DNA of 64,000 nt. Origin: an uncultured delta proteobacterium (lineage in GTDB: Bacteria; Myxococcota; B64-G9). The notes under the pieces were generated by a model. That model saw nothing but the letters and a program-made list of their open reading frames with translations, had not been told where the DNA came from and did not search any database. A program made the translations under genes and the position numbers. The stretch covers positions 1,248,001-1,312,000 of the forward strand of contig CAVWHX010000004.1 in assembly GCA_963754925.1 (NCBI GenBank). Reading direction: 5' to 3'. Numbering within the stretch: the stretch's first letter is position 1; every line of letters starts with the position of its first letter. Positions 10,814 to 18,870 of this stretch are shown here, one piece after another.

Positions 10814-11779
10814 ATGTCAGAACTTCGCAAGGAAGACGGTCTGCCCAAACAGTATGCCTTGCGGTTCATATCCGGTAAGTATCAGGGCGGCGAGTTTCCC
10901 CTCCATCCCAACCGTGAAATCGTCATCGGCCGCAGCTCCGATCTGGATATGGTTCTGGTGGAAGATATGGTTTCACGAAAACATGCGAAAATCAGCGTGA
11001 GCGATGATCAGATCGTCATTCAGGACCTCGGGAGCACCAACGGAACCTTTGTCAACGGTGAGCGTATTAAGAAGACCCGTTTGCGCGAGAACGACCGCAT
11101 CCTCGTCGGCACCTCGATCCTTAAGCTGGTCGAAGTCGACACCAGCAAAGGACAGGAAAAAGTACCACTGAATGAAACCGATCTGCATTCCATGATGGAG
11201 AAGGTCGCCGCTGCAAGAAAAACGCGCAATCTCACGACCATGTCGGGACGCATCGATGAGGTGCCTATCCCAGATTTATTACAGCTTTTCTCTACCTCTA
11301 AGAAAAATGGCGTGCTCATGATAAGCTACCGCGATCATGAGGGACGTATATACCTCCGCAATGGTCGGATCCGCTATACCGTGATCGACGATCACCACGA
11401 GATGAGCCCCACCAAAGCCTTCTTTCGCATGGTGACGTGGCAGGAAGGCTTTTTTGAGTTAGAGTCCGCTTCGGACGAAAAATTCGTATCCGAGATGGAT
11501 GAGAGCACCGAGGGCCTCTTGATGGAAGCTATGCATGAAATGGATGAGCTGAAGCGGATCGAGCCAGAATGTCCGCCGCTGACGGCTTCCTACGGCATTG
11601 CGGCCAACATCGCCAAACCGCTGCGCGATCTGACGGACGAATGCCTTGATGTCCTGCAACTGGTGCACACCTGGCACGTCATCCGCGACGTGCTTGACCG
11701 AAGCCTCCTCTCAGATCTTAAAACGTGTGAGGCGGTGCTCTACCTTTCAAAAAACGGTTACATCGAAAAATCAACGTAG
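10814..11779 (+). CDS. FHA domain + DUF4388 (PatA-N-like) protein
   Basis: FHA motifs IGRS, VSRKHA, DLGSTNGTFVNG; DUF4388-like MSGRIDEVPIPDLLQL..KNGVL..W.EGFF. Confidence 0.85.
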   Translation: MSELRKEDGLPKQYALRFISGKYQGGEFPLHPNREIVIGRSSDLDMVLVEDMVSRKHAKISVSDDQIVIQDLGSTNGTFVNGERIKKTRLRENDRILVGTSILKLVEVDTSKGQEKVPLNETDLHSMMEKVAAARKTRNLTTMSGRIDEVPIPDLLQLFSTSKKNGVLMISYRDHEGRIYLRNGRIRYTVIDDHHEMSPTKAFFRMVTWQEGFFELESASDEKFVSEMDESTEGLLMEAMHEMDELKRIEPECPPLTASYGIAANIAKPLRDLTDECLDVLQLVHTWHVIRDVLDRSLLSDLKTCEAVLYLSKNGYIEKST

Positions 11780-13417
11780 CCGGCCAACAGCCCATTTCCA
11801 CAGGTTCAGCGCTTGGGATACCCGCAGCAGCGCTGTCACAGCGAAGTAGATCAACCCATACGCGGTAAGCACCACCACGGCTTGCGTAATCGGATGCCAA
11901 AGCACCGCGATCTGTTTCAAGCCGAAACCGCATCCGGCGGCAAGCCCGGCTGCGAGCCACAACTTAACCAGAATGCTCGGTGAGAGGCCGGTTGATCCGA
12001 TGCGCTGGTTTAGGGTGCGACGCAGCAGGGTGAACTCAACCCAGCCGGCAATGCCGGCCGAGGCGCTCAGGAAGGCGACGCCCCAGCGCTCGGGAATACC
12101 GATCCAGAGCGGAAGCTTTAAGGCAAACAGGTAACCCAGGCCGGCGGTCAAGCATACGCGCAGCACCGCGTACCGCAGCGGTGTTCGCGTATCGTGCAAG
12201 GCATAGTACGCCGAGGAATACAGTCGGCCAAGGGTTGAGGCCAGCAGCCCAATCGAAGCGCCGGCGAGAATACCCCAGACGTACGTGGCATCAGCGTGGC
12301 TAAAGCGGCCGGTTTGGTATATTGCTGCAGCGATAACGTCGCCGAGGGCCAGAAAAGCCATCGCCGAGGGAACGATCAAAAAAGCGATCCGTTGCAGCCC
12401 ATCGGTCAGCCGGTGTCTGAGGAAGGCGTCGATCTCCGGTTTATCGCCCAGCGCGCTTGAGAGCAGCGGTAGCTCCGAGGCGGACACCGACATACCGAAC
12501 AAGCTGACCGGCAGCAAATAGAGCGTCTGCGCGTAACTCAGCGCCGCAAAGCTGCCGCTGGGAAGAAGGCTCGCGAGCAATTCATCAACGTAGGCGCTGA
12601 TCTGTACGACGCCGCGGGCAATCGCAACCGGCGCGAAATTATGAATCACCGTTTTTACGGTTGACCGTTTCCAATGAAAACCGAGCGGCAGTCGCCCCGT
12701 CAGTTTCAACACCAGCGGCAATTGTATGGCACACTGGACAGCGCTCCCCAGCACCGAGGCCCAAGCAACCACCACGGCGAGGGGAAATTGCCCCAATTGA
12801 TTGCCGAACCAGGCGAGGGCTACGATGATGACGAAGTTCCACACCACGGGCGCCGCATACGAAAGAAAGAAGCGCCGGTGACTGTTCAGGATACCCAGGC
12901 ACCATGCTGAATAGACCAACAATCCTGCGCCCGGAAACAGAATCCTTACCAATCGGATAGTCAAATCGCGCTTTTCGCCGACAAAACCCGGGGCGATGAG
13001 CATGATCAGAATCGGCGTAATCAGCACGCCGACGGCGACACAGAGAGAGATCAGAAGACCGATGGTTGTCGCGATGCCGGCGGCAACCTGGCGAGCCTCA
13101 ACAAGATTTTTTTCTGCCAGCAGTTTAGCGTATACGGGGATAAACGAGGCCGACAGAGAGCCCTCGCCAAATAAATTCTGGAGCAGGTTGGGGATGCGGA
13201 AAGCGGCCTTGAAAGCATCGGCGGCGTCCGAGTTGCCAAAAAAATGCGCGAAGACACGGTCCCGGATTAAACCAAAGATGCGGCTTATCAGGATGCCCGC
13301 GCCGACAAAAAACGCGGGGCGTCCTGGTACCCCGTCACCGGTAGCCAAGCTTCCGTCCGGCTGGTCAGGTTCTTGCGGGAACGGCCGGTGGCGGTCACGT
13401 TCGATCAAAAGCTTCAC
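11771..13417 (-). CDS. murJ: Lipid II flippase MurJ (MviN); start codon uncertain
   Basis: ISRIFGLIRD..FG..ADAFKAAFRIPNLLQNLFGEGSLSASFIP; many TM helices. Confidence 0.92.
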   Translation of the reverse strand: MKLLIERDRHRPFPQEPDQPDGSLATGDGVPGRPAFFVGAGILISRIFGLIRDRVFAHFFGNSDAADAFKAAFRIPNLLQNLFGEGSLSASFIPVYAKLLAEKNLVEARQVAAGIATTIGLLISLCVAVGVLITPILIMLIAPGFVGEKRDLTIRLVRILFPGAGLLVYSAWCLGILNSHRRFFLSYAAPVVWNFVIIVALAWFGNQLGQFPLAVVVAWASVLGSAVQCAIQLPLVLKLTGRLPLGFHWKRSTVKTVIHNFAPVAIARGVVQISAYVDELLASLLPSGSFAALSYAQTLYLLPVSLFGMSVSASELPLLSSALGDKPEIDAFLRHRLTDGLQRIAFLIVPSAMAFLALGDVIAAAIYQTGRFSHADATYVWGILAGASIGLLASTLGRLYSSAYYALHDTRTPLRYAVLRVCLTAGLGYLFALKLPLWIGIPERWGVAFLSASAGIAGWVEFTLLRRTLNQRIGSTGLSPSILVKLWLAAGLAAGCGFGLKQIAVLWHPITQAVVVLTAYGLIYFAVTALLRVSQALNLWKWAVGRLR

Positions 13418-13447
13418 CAGTCCTTGCGGTTGAGGCGTGTCAACCGG

Positions 13448-14449
13448 CTACTCGTTGATGATCCCGAACTCCACGCGGCGGTTGGTTTCCTTGCCGCGAG
13501 CGGTACGGTTGGAGGCGATCGGTTTGCTTTCGCCGAAACCGATGGCCTGCAGCCGATCGAGCCCGATGCCTTGGATCCCGAGGTACTCCTTGACCGCATG
13601 CGCTCGGTTTTCGGAGAGCTTTTGATTGAACTCATCTGAACCGTCACTGTCGGTGTGGCCTTCGATTGACAGCCGCATGGTTGGGTAGTCCTTGAGTAGT
13701 TGGGCAACCTGGTCCAACACCTTAAACGATTTGGGAATAATTTTCCACTTGGCGGATTCGAAATAGATCTTATCCTTCAGCTCGATCTGTTGCTTTTCGC
13801 GGTTGATGGTCACCAGAGTGAATTTCCGGGGGCAGCCTTTGCCTTGCGGACTGTCTGCCGGACCCGGCTCATGCGGACACTGGTCTTCTAGGTCGATGAT
13901 ACCATCACCATCGCTATCGGGGCAGCCGTGGAGAGCGGCGGGGCCCGGATCGTTGGGGCACTGGTCAATATCATCGGTAAGACCATCGCCATCGGTATCG
14001 AGCGGTTTTGGACAACCATTTAATTCCGGCACACCCGGAACGTCGGGACACGCATCGTCGGCGTCAGGAATGCCATCGCCGTCGCGGTCAGATTTCTGTG
14101 CTGCAACGGCGGGTTTCTTGGGTACACACCGGTCAACCGGCGAGTTCTCGATTGCACGCTTGACCGATGCGGTTGCTATCGTGATATGGTCATCCGCTCG
14201 CCGCCAGTTGCCTTGGTCAAGCTCGTCCAGGGTAAACCTGACATGGCTTTCCGCCATAGCCAAATCTTTTGGATCACAGGTGTAGGCGCCATTTTCGCGC
14301 GCCGTGTCGATGTCGCGCTTGACCACTTCAGCGTCCGCCCGGATCTTTGACGCCGATGCACAGGCTGAAAAGACCGCAGCAGTACCGACGAGCACAGAAA
14401 TTAACCGACGCAATGCATCAGAACCCCGGATATGATCCATTGCGATCAC
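13448..14449 (-). CDS. OmpA-family lipoprotein with DUF4398-like N-terminus and thrombospondin type-3-like repeats
   Basis: Lipobox FSAC; DxDGDG..D.CP repeats; IEGHTD..NQKLSENRA..GFGE..NRRVE. Confidence 0.88.
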   Translation of the reverse strand: MIAMDHIRGSDALRRLISVLVGTAAVFSACASASKIRADAEVVKRDIDTARENGAYTCDPKDLAMAESHVRFTLDELDQGNWRRADDHITIATASVKRAIENSPVDRCVPKKPAVAAQKSDRDGDGIPDADDACPDVPGVPELNGCPKPLDTDGDGLTDDIDQCPNDPGPAALHGCPDSDGDGIIDLEDQCPHEPGPADSPQGKGCPRKFTLVTINREKQQIELKDKIYFESAKWKIIPKSFKVLDQVAQLLKDYPTMRLSIEGHTDSDGSDEFNQKLSENRAHAVKEYLGIQGIGLDRLQAIGFGESKPIASNRTARGKETNRRVEFGIINE

Positions 14450-14748
14450 TCCTCCGAGTGTTTGTTGAGGGATTGCTCGAGTGCTTGTGCTGCGAGATCC
14501 TGTGCTTTGGCAGCGTACTCAATTGAATACTCGAAATCTGAGGTGCCCCACTTCTCCCGGGCTTTGTGGAGGTATTCGTAAGCGGCGGTATACTCATAAG
14601 GCGCCTTTTTGTCAGCATCGACGGCTTTAGCGTTGCGGAGAGTAGTATCAGCCCGAATAATCAACGAAGTTGACTTGCATGGTCCGCAGCCTAGGCCTTG
14701 CCATCCACACGCCAGGCTAAAACCTACAATCGAAAAGATTTTTTTCAC
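14446..14748 (-). CDS. DUF4398-like small lipoprotein
   Basis: Lipobox GLGC; ADKKAPYEYTAAYEYLHKARE; GTGA overlap with the OmpA gene. Confidence 0.75.
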   Translation of the reverse strand: MKKIFSIVGFSLACGWQGLGCGPCKSTSLIIRADTTLRNAKAVDADKKAPYEYTAAYEYLHKAREKWGTSDFEYSIEYAAKAQDLAAQALEQSLNKHSEE

Positions 14749-14922
14749 TCTTTTACCCCAACTATTGAATGCCGCTTGCTAAAGTACGTTGCATCAATTG
14801 AGCCCGATATGCTTACAATCCCAGTGATTTAAAAATACTTTTATCAGGATATGGTACTATTTGTCAATGTTTAAAAGAGCCAAGACTATCCCCGGAAAAA
14901 GCTCCCCCCGTGGTATTGTTTC

Positions 14923-15561
14923 TCAGTCGGAGACCGGTGAAGCTTCATCTCGTTTAACGGATTGAGGCGCCGTTTTTGAGGCGTGGCCGGAATTGGTTGA
15001 TGCTAGGGCGGCGGCGACATTTCGAGACAAGCCGCGTCTCATTTTATTTCCTTCCATACGATAGGAAACGATTAGGAAAACCCAGCCAGCAATTAAAACC
15101 GGCACGGCCAGCGTAAAAATCGTACGCATTCGGAGGTCCCACGGGGGGCTATTCTCAAATTCATTTTCAAATGCTCGGAAGAGCTTTTCATGAGCTAACA
15201 CTACCGATATCGCAAGTATGCCGATGCTCACTAAAAGAGCGATTAATTGAATGCGGTTCCGATACAACAAGCGATAACCGACAAAAAACCCAGCCACTGC
15301 CGCGCCACAACAGCCGACGAGACCTATTACTATCAAAGAGGCCGAAATGTCAGATGAATTATACCAATACAGCAGGCTCCAGCTCGGATAATTGATTACT
15401 CCGTACGCATATAACGGTAAAAGTAAAAAAAAGACCCAGAGCAAAACCCCGATTAGATACGTCCTATACCAGGGCGTAGCTTGGATACGGATCTGCTCAG
15501 AAGCAGCCCACGCGGAACTCTGGCCAACGAGCCAGCAAAGAATCGTTAGAATAATCGCCAA
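14923..15561 (-). CDS. Hypothetical membrane protein; start uncertain
   Basis: Several hydrophobic segments, YPSWSLLY motif; no family recognised. Confidence 0.55.
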   Translation of the reverse strand: MAIILTILCWLVGQSSAWAASEQIRIQATPWYRTYLIGVLLWVFFLLLPLYAYGVINYPSWSLLYWYNSSDISASLIVIGLVGCCGAAVAGFFVGYRLLYRNRIQLIALLVSIGILAISVVLAHEKLFRAFENEFENSPPWDLRMRTIFTLAVPVLIAGWVFLIVSYRMEGNKMRRGLSRNVAAALASTNSGHASKTAPQSVKRDEASPVSD

Positions 15562-15841
15562 AGCGAAAATAAGTATCCCACAATCATGAGCATGGTAAAA
15601 GCGATATTTAGAAGTTCATGCAACCGGCGGGTGCTACAAAGCAAATATAATCCAATAGTGATGACCGAGAACATCATACAACGTATTCTCCTCGTCAAAA
15701 AATAGCCTCCAAAAATGACTCGTGTTATATTCAGCTAGAAGTGCCAGTTAAATGGCGACGGTACTTGTTAGAAGACGATCAGAAGAGTTACGACTGATTA
15801 AAATGGTGATTTCAAAGGTTGGCTCACGGTAGGAGTGAAAA

Positions 15842-16432
15842 ATGGAGGCCTGCGTTAGCGGAAGAGCATTTCTCGGCCTTATCTCGCTCATCAAGGACCA
15901 GGAGGGGCCCCAGGCGATCGAGAAAGTTATCGCGCAAAGCGGTAAGCTCCTGAGCAGCATTTTCTCCGAACGAATTCGCGTACTTTCTTGGCATCCTTAT
16001 GAGCCCTATGTTGAATTTCTCTCCCTCCTTGATCGTACCTTGGGGAAGGGTGATCTCGCTTTTTGCCGGCACTTAGGAACATTGGCTGGTAAGCACGATC
16101 TCGTATCTATCTTCAAGGTATTCACGACGCTTGCAAGCCCCGAACGCTTTGTCCGTAATGCGAAAAAATTTTGGGATAGTTACTTTCGAGATGCCGGACG
16201 GTTAGAGGGTATATCGTGGGAGCCCGATAACACGGTCTTTCGCGTTTATGATTTTCCTCGTATGCACCCGGCTCATTGCGCCCTCGATGAGGGGTGGTTT
16301 ATTGGTAGTTTTTCAGCAATGGGTTTTGAAGTTGATGGAGAAAAATTAGAGGTTGAATGTCCCCATCGCGGCGGACCGTATCATGAATTTCTGATCAAAT
16401 GGTCCCCGCACGCTACCAACTCTTCCGGTTAG
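15842..16432 (+). CDS. DUF2378/TIGR02265-like (V4R/H-NOX-related) protein
   Basis: AGGAG RBS; SWHP, SPERF..WDSYF, HC..GW, ECPHRGG.YHEF pattern. Confidence 0.6.
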   Translation: MEACVSGRAFLGLISLIKDQEGPQAIEKVIAQSGKLLSSIFSERIRVLSWHPYEPYVEFLSLLDRTLGKGDLAFCRHLGTLAGKHDLVSIFKVFTTLASPERFVRNAKKFWDSYFRDAGRLEGISWEPDNTVFRVYDFPRMHPAHCALDEGWFIGSFSAMGFEVDGEKLEVECPHRGGPYHEFLIKWSPHATNSSG

Positions 16433-16454
16433 CGTTAGCGATGTAGTCCTGGTT

Positions 16455-16793
16455 CTAATAGTCTTTTCTAGCCAGCAGTTTTTCGATTAATTGGGCCGAG
16501 TATGAAGTCAGGCTGGTGAAGACGACACCCATTCCCGGCGATTCTGACGTGCCGGGTGGAACCACGCGAACCACTTTTCCCACTCCTTCAATGGTCTCGA
16601 GTTCCTCAAGAATCAAAGTAAATCTGAGGTTCACCATGGTCCCGACCGGCAATGGCATGGTGCTTTTGATAAAGATACCGGTTTTGGAGATGTTCTGGAC
16701 GTACTCGACTATAAACTCGTCGACATCGTGAAACTCTTTATTGACCATCATACGCATATCTCGTCGTTGGCCGCCAAATGCTTGTTCGTCCAT
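16455..16793 (-). CDS. Stand-alone PilZ domain protein (TIGR02266-like)
   Basis: RRDMR (RxxxR) and NISKTG (NxSxxG) motifs; GMGVVF; GGAGGAG RBS. Confidence 0.85.
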   Translation of the reverse strand: MDEQAFGGQRRDMRMMVNKEFHDVDEFIVEYVQNISKTGIFIKSTMPLPVGTMVNLRFTLILEELETIEGVGKVVRVVPPGTSESPGMGVVFTSLTSYSAQLIEKLLARKDY

Positions 16794-17010
16794 TCTCCGC
16801 TCCTCCCTTGCCAGACCCGATGTACTATCATCATATTAACGGCTTAGCGGATAGTTGTATCGCTTTATGGCTGCGGCCGTCAAGCCCGAGGCATCCGAAG
16901 GAATTCTTCGGGTTCGGTTGCAATCTCTAGGGTTGTCGTGCTATAAAAATTAGTTGGGCTGCGCGTATGATTAGTAACCTGTTTTTAAATCAGAAGAAAG
17001 TGCTTGATTG

Positions 17011-17220
17011 TTAGCCATGACGTTCGGTTACGAAGGCTGGACAACGGTCGCACGAAAAGCCCTCCCATGGGGTGCGAGCGACGAACAGAAGGCAATCATT
17101 ATAGTTGGCGCACTCAATGCACCGGTGCATATTGACCTCATCAACGGAAAGCGGACGGTACCGACGCGGGCGGGCGCCCGGGCGAAGAAGGTAAATCCGG
17201 TAGATTTCGGCCGTTGGCAC
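17011..17220 (-). CDS. Small Cys-rich putative metal-binding protein (69 aa)
   Basis: AAGGAG RBS before GTG; C-x2-C-x5-C-x13-C-x2-C. Confidence 0.65.
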   Translation of the reverse strand: MPTAEIYRIYLLRPGARPRRYRPLSVDEVNMHRCIECANYNDCLLFVARTPWEGFSCDRCPAFVTERHG

Positions 17221-17267
17221 GTCGGCTCCTTTCCATTAATAAGGAAATTAACACAGGATTGGCGGCA

Positions 17268-17295
17268 TTGACAAGATTTGATCAGTATCTATGAT
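17268..17295 (+). promoter_or_regulatory. Putative sigma70-type promoter
   Basis: TTGACA-16 nt-TATGAT upstream of the 17387 gene. Confidence 0.45.
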
Positions 17296-17386
17296 TCTCG
17301 GTTCTTATGGCTGGTTGTTTGTAAGAGGGTATATGATCATATGATGCGATGGATTTCATCATAATAGAGGCTCGGGGAGTGTGAGG

Positions 17387-18322
17387 ATGAGTTCTTTTGG
17401 CGGTTTTACCGCGAACGATTTCGACGCGTTCGATCCAAAAAAATGGTCGTCACACGTTTACAACCGCGAGCGATTGGAGGTCAAGCTTAAGCTCTCCGAC
17501 CTCGGTAAGGCGTTGACGCAGCAACTAGCCCAACAGTTCGCCGGGCAGGAGCTTGGCTTGACCGAAGAACGCCCCTCGATCTTCAACCAGCAAAAAGTAA
17601 GAGATCTGACCTTGTTTTTCACGCGCGGCAGCGACGCACGTCGGGAACTGGAATCAGTCGTTGAAAAACACTGTAGCCTCAAAGAAAAGATTCTCGACCC
17701 CGCGCTGCACCACAAGCACATCACCGTGGGTCTGCGCATTCATGCCGACGGCATTGAGTTTGGGTTGTGGTTGCATCATGACGCCTGGGTGGATTGGAAG
17801 AACCTGATCGAACGCTGCAAGGAGCATTACGAACGCGAGAAACTGGTTGAACTATTAGCAGGCCTTGACGACTCGTTGTGCTTCTTTCAGGGGGACCGGC
17901 CGACAGCGGCAGTGACGCAGGCGCGTTCGGTCGCCATCGAGCAGCTCACGGGGTCGCCGGGAAGCGACCAACCCTGGACTTTTTACGGGGAGTGCCTCGG
18001 CTGTTCTGATCCCGTAGTAGCCGGCCCTCAGCTGATCGAACGAGTAGCTCAAACATTTACCCGATTATGGCCGCTCCATCAATTTATCGCCTGGCGTCGC
18101 GATAACGATTTCCATCGCCTGCGCGAGGTGCTGAAGGAGCGGCGCGAAAAGGGCAAGATGCAGTTCAGCGCGCTTAAAACTGGTGATGAGGTGCGCATCC
18201 TCAAAGGCCTGGCGGCTGGCCGAACCGGTGTGGTCGAAGAAATCGAAAAGAAGGGAATACTCAAGGTGCGGCTGGGGCTGATGGTTATGGCGGTCAAAGT
18301 GGAAGACGTCTCAAAGCCTTAA
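17387..18322 (+). CDS. Protein with YktB/DUF1054-like N-terminus and C-terminal KOW motif
   Basis: GFTANDFDAF start; C-terminal LKTGDEVRILKGLAAGRTGVVEEI KOW signature. Confidence 0.65.
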   Translation: MSSFGGFTANDFDAFDPKKWSSHVYNRERLEVKLKLSDLGKALTQQLAQQFAGQELGLTEERPSIFNQQKVRDLTLFFTRGSDARRELESVVEKHCSLKEKILDPALHHKHITVGLRIHADGIEFGLWLHHDAWVDWKNLIERCKEHYEREKLVELLAGLDDSLCFFQGDRPTAAVTQARSVAIEQLTGSPGSDQPWTFYGECLGCSDPVVAGPQLIERVAQTFTRLWPLHQFIAWRRDNDFHRLREVLKERREKGKMQFSALKTGDEVRILKGLAAGRTGVVEEIEKKGILKVRLGLMVMAVKVEDVSKP

Positions 18323-18360
18323 CTACCGCACTCCGCAGCACATTCCGTCTGAATCGTTGG

Positions 18361-18705
18361 TTAATCGGATTGACAACAGCCGCCTGCCTGCGCGAGTTCC
18401 AGGAGTTGCGGAGAATTGCGGGGATACGCGGGAACGTCGATCCCACACTGATGCAGTTTGTCAAGCAACGTTCGTCGGTACGCGAGGGTGCGCTCGAGTT
18501 TCTCGGGTTCATCGCGCATGAGTTCTCTGATGGTTGACTCTTCCAATGCGAGCAACGCCGCCACGCTCACATACTCACGATCTTTTTTACAGCGGCAGGC
18601 AGCCATCAAATCCATCGTGCTCCGACCGAGCTGGTATTTGGCTCGACAGATCGGGATCAGCCTCTTTACCGGTACTCCATAAAAACATGTGCTCAACCGA
18701 CTCAT
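18361..18705 (-). CDS. Hypothetical Cys-containing protein (114 aa)
   Basis: GGGAGAGG RBS before ATG at 18705; fills the gap between flanking genes. Confidence 0.55.
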   Translation of the reverse strand: MSRLSTCFYGVPVKRLIPICRAKYQLGRSTMDLMAACRCKKDREYVSVAALLALEESTIRELMRDEPEKLERTLAYRRTLLDKLHQCGIDVPAYPRNSPQLLELAQAGGCCQSD

Positions 18706-18870
18706 TTTCGCCTCTCCCGGTTTCGTCCAACCACCCCATCCTCGCCGGCGGCGGACACTAGCAGAACTCAGGGGAGGACTCAAATACTTTTTTTGCCTTT
18801 TTTACCGGGGTCGCTATTGTAACCTCCGTACGTTTTTGCTACGCTGCGACCAATCCTTAGGAGAAAAAAA

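Noticed and set aside
16880..16915. CCGAAGGAA resembling the SRP RNA core
   Set aside because: Lacks the conserved flanking TCAGG/GCAGC internal loop and the long stem
17008..17271. 87-aa plus-strand ORF
   Set aside because: No RBS or motif; the opposite-strand Cys-rich ORF has a strong RBS and a coherent pattern
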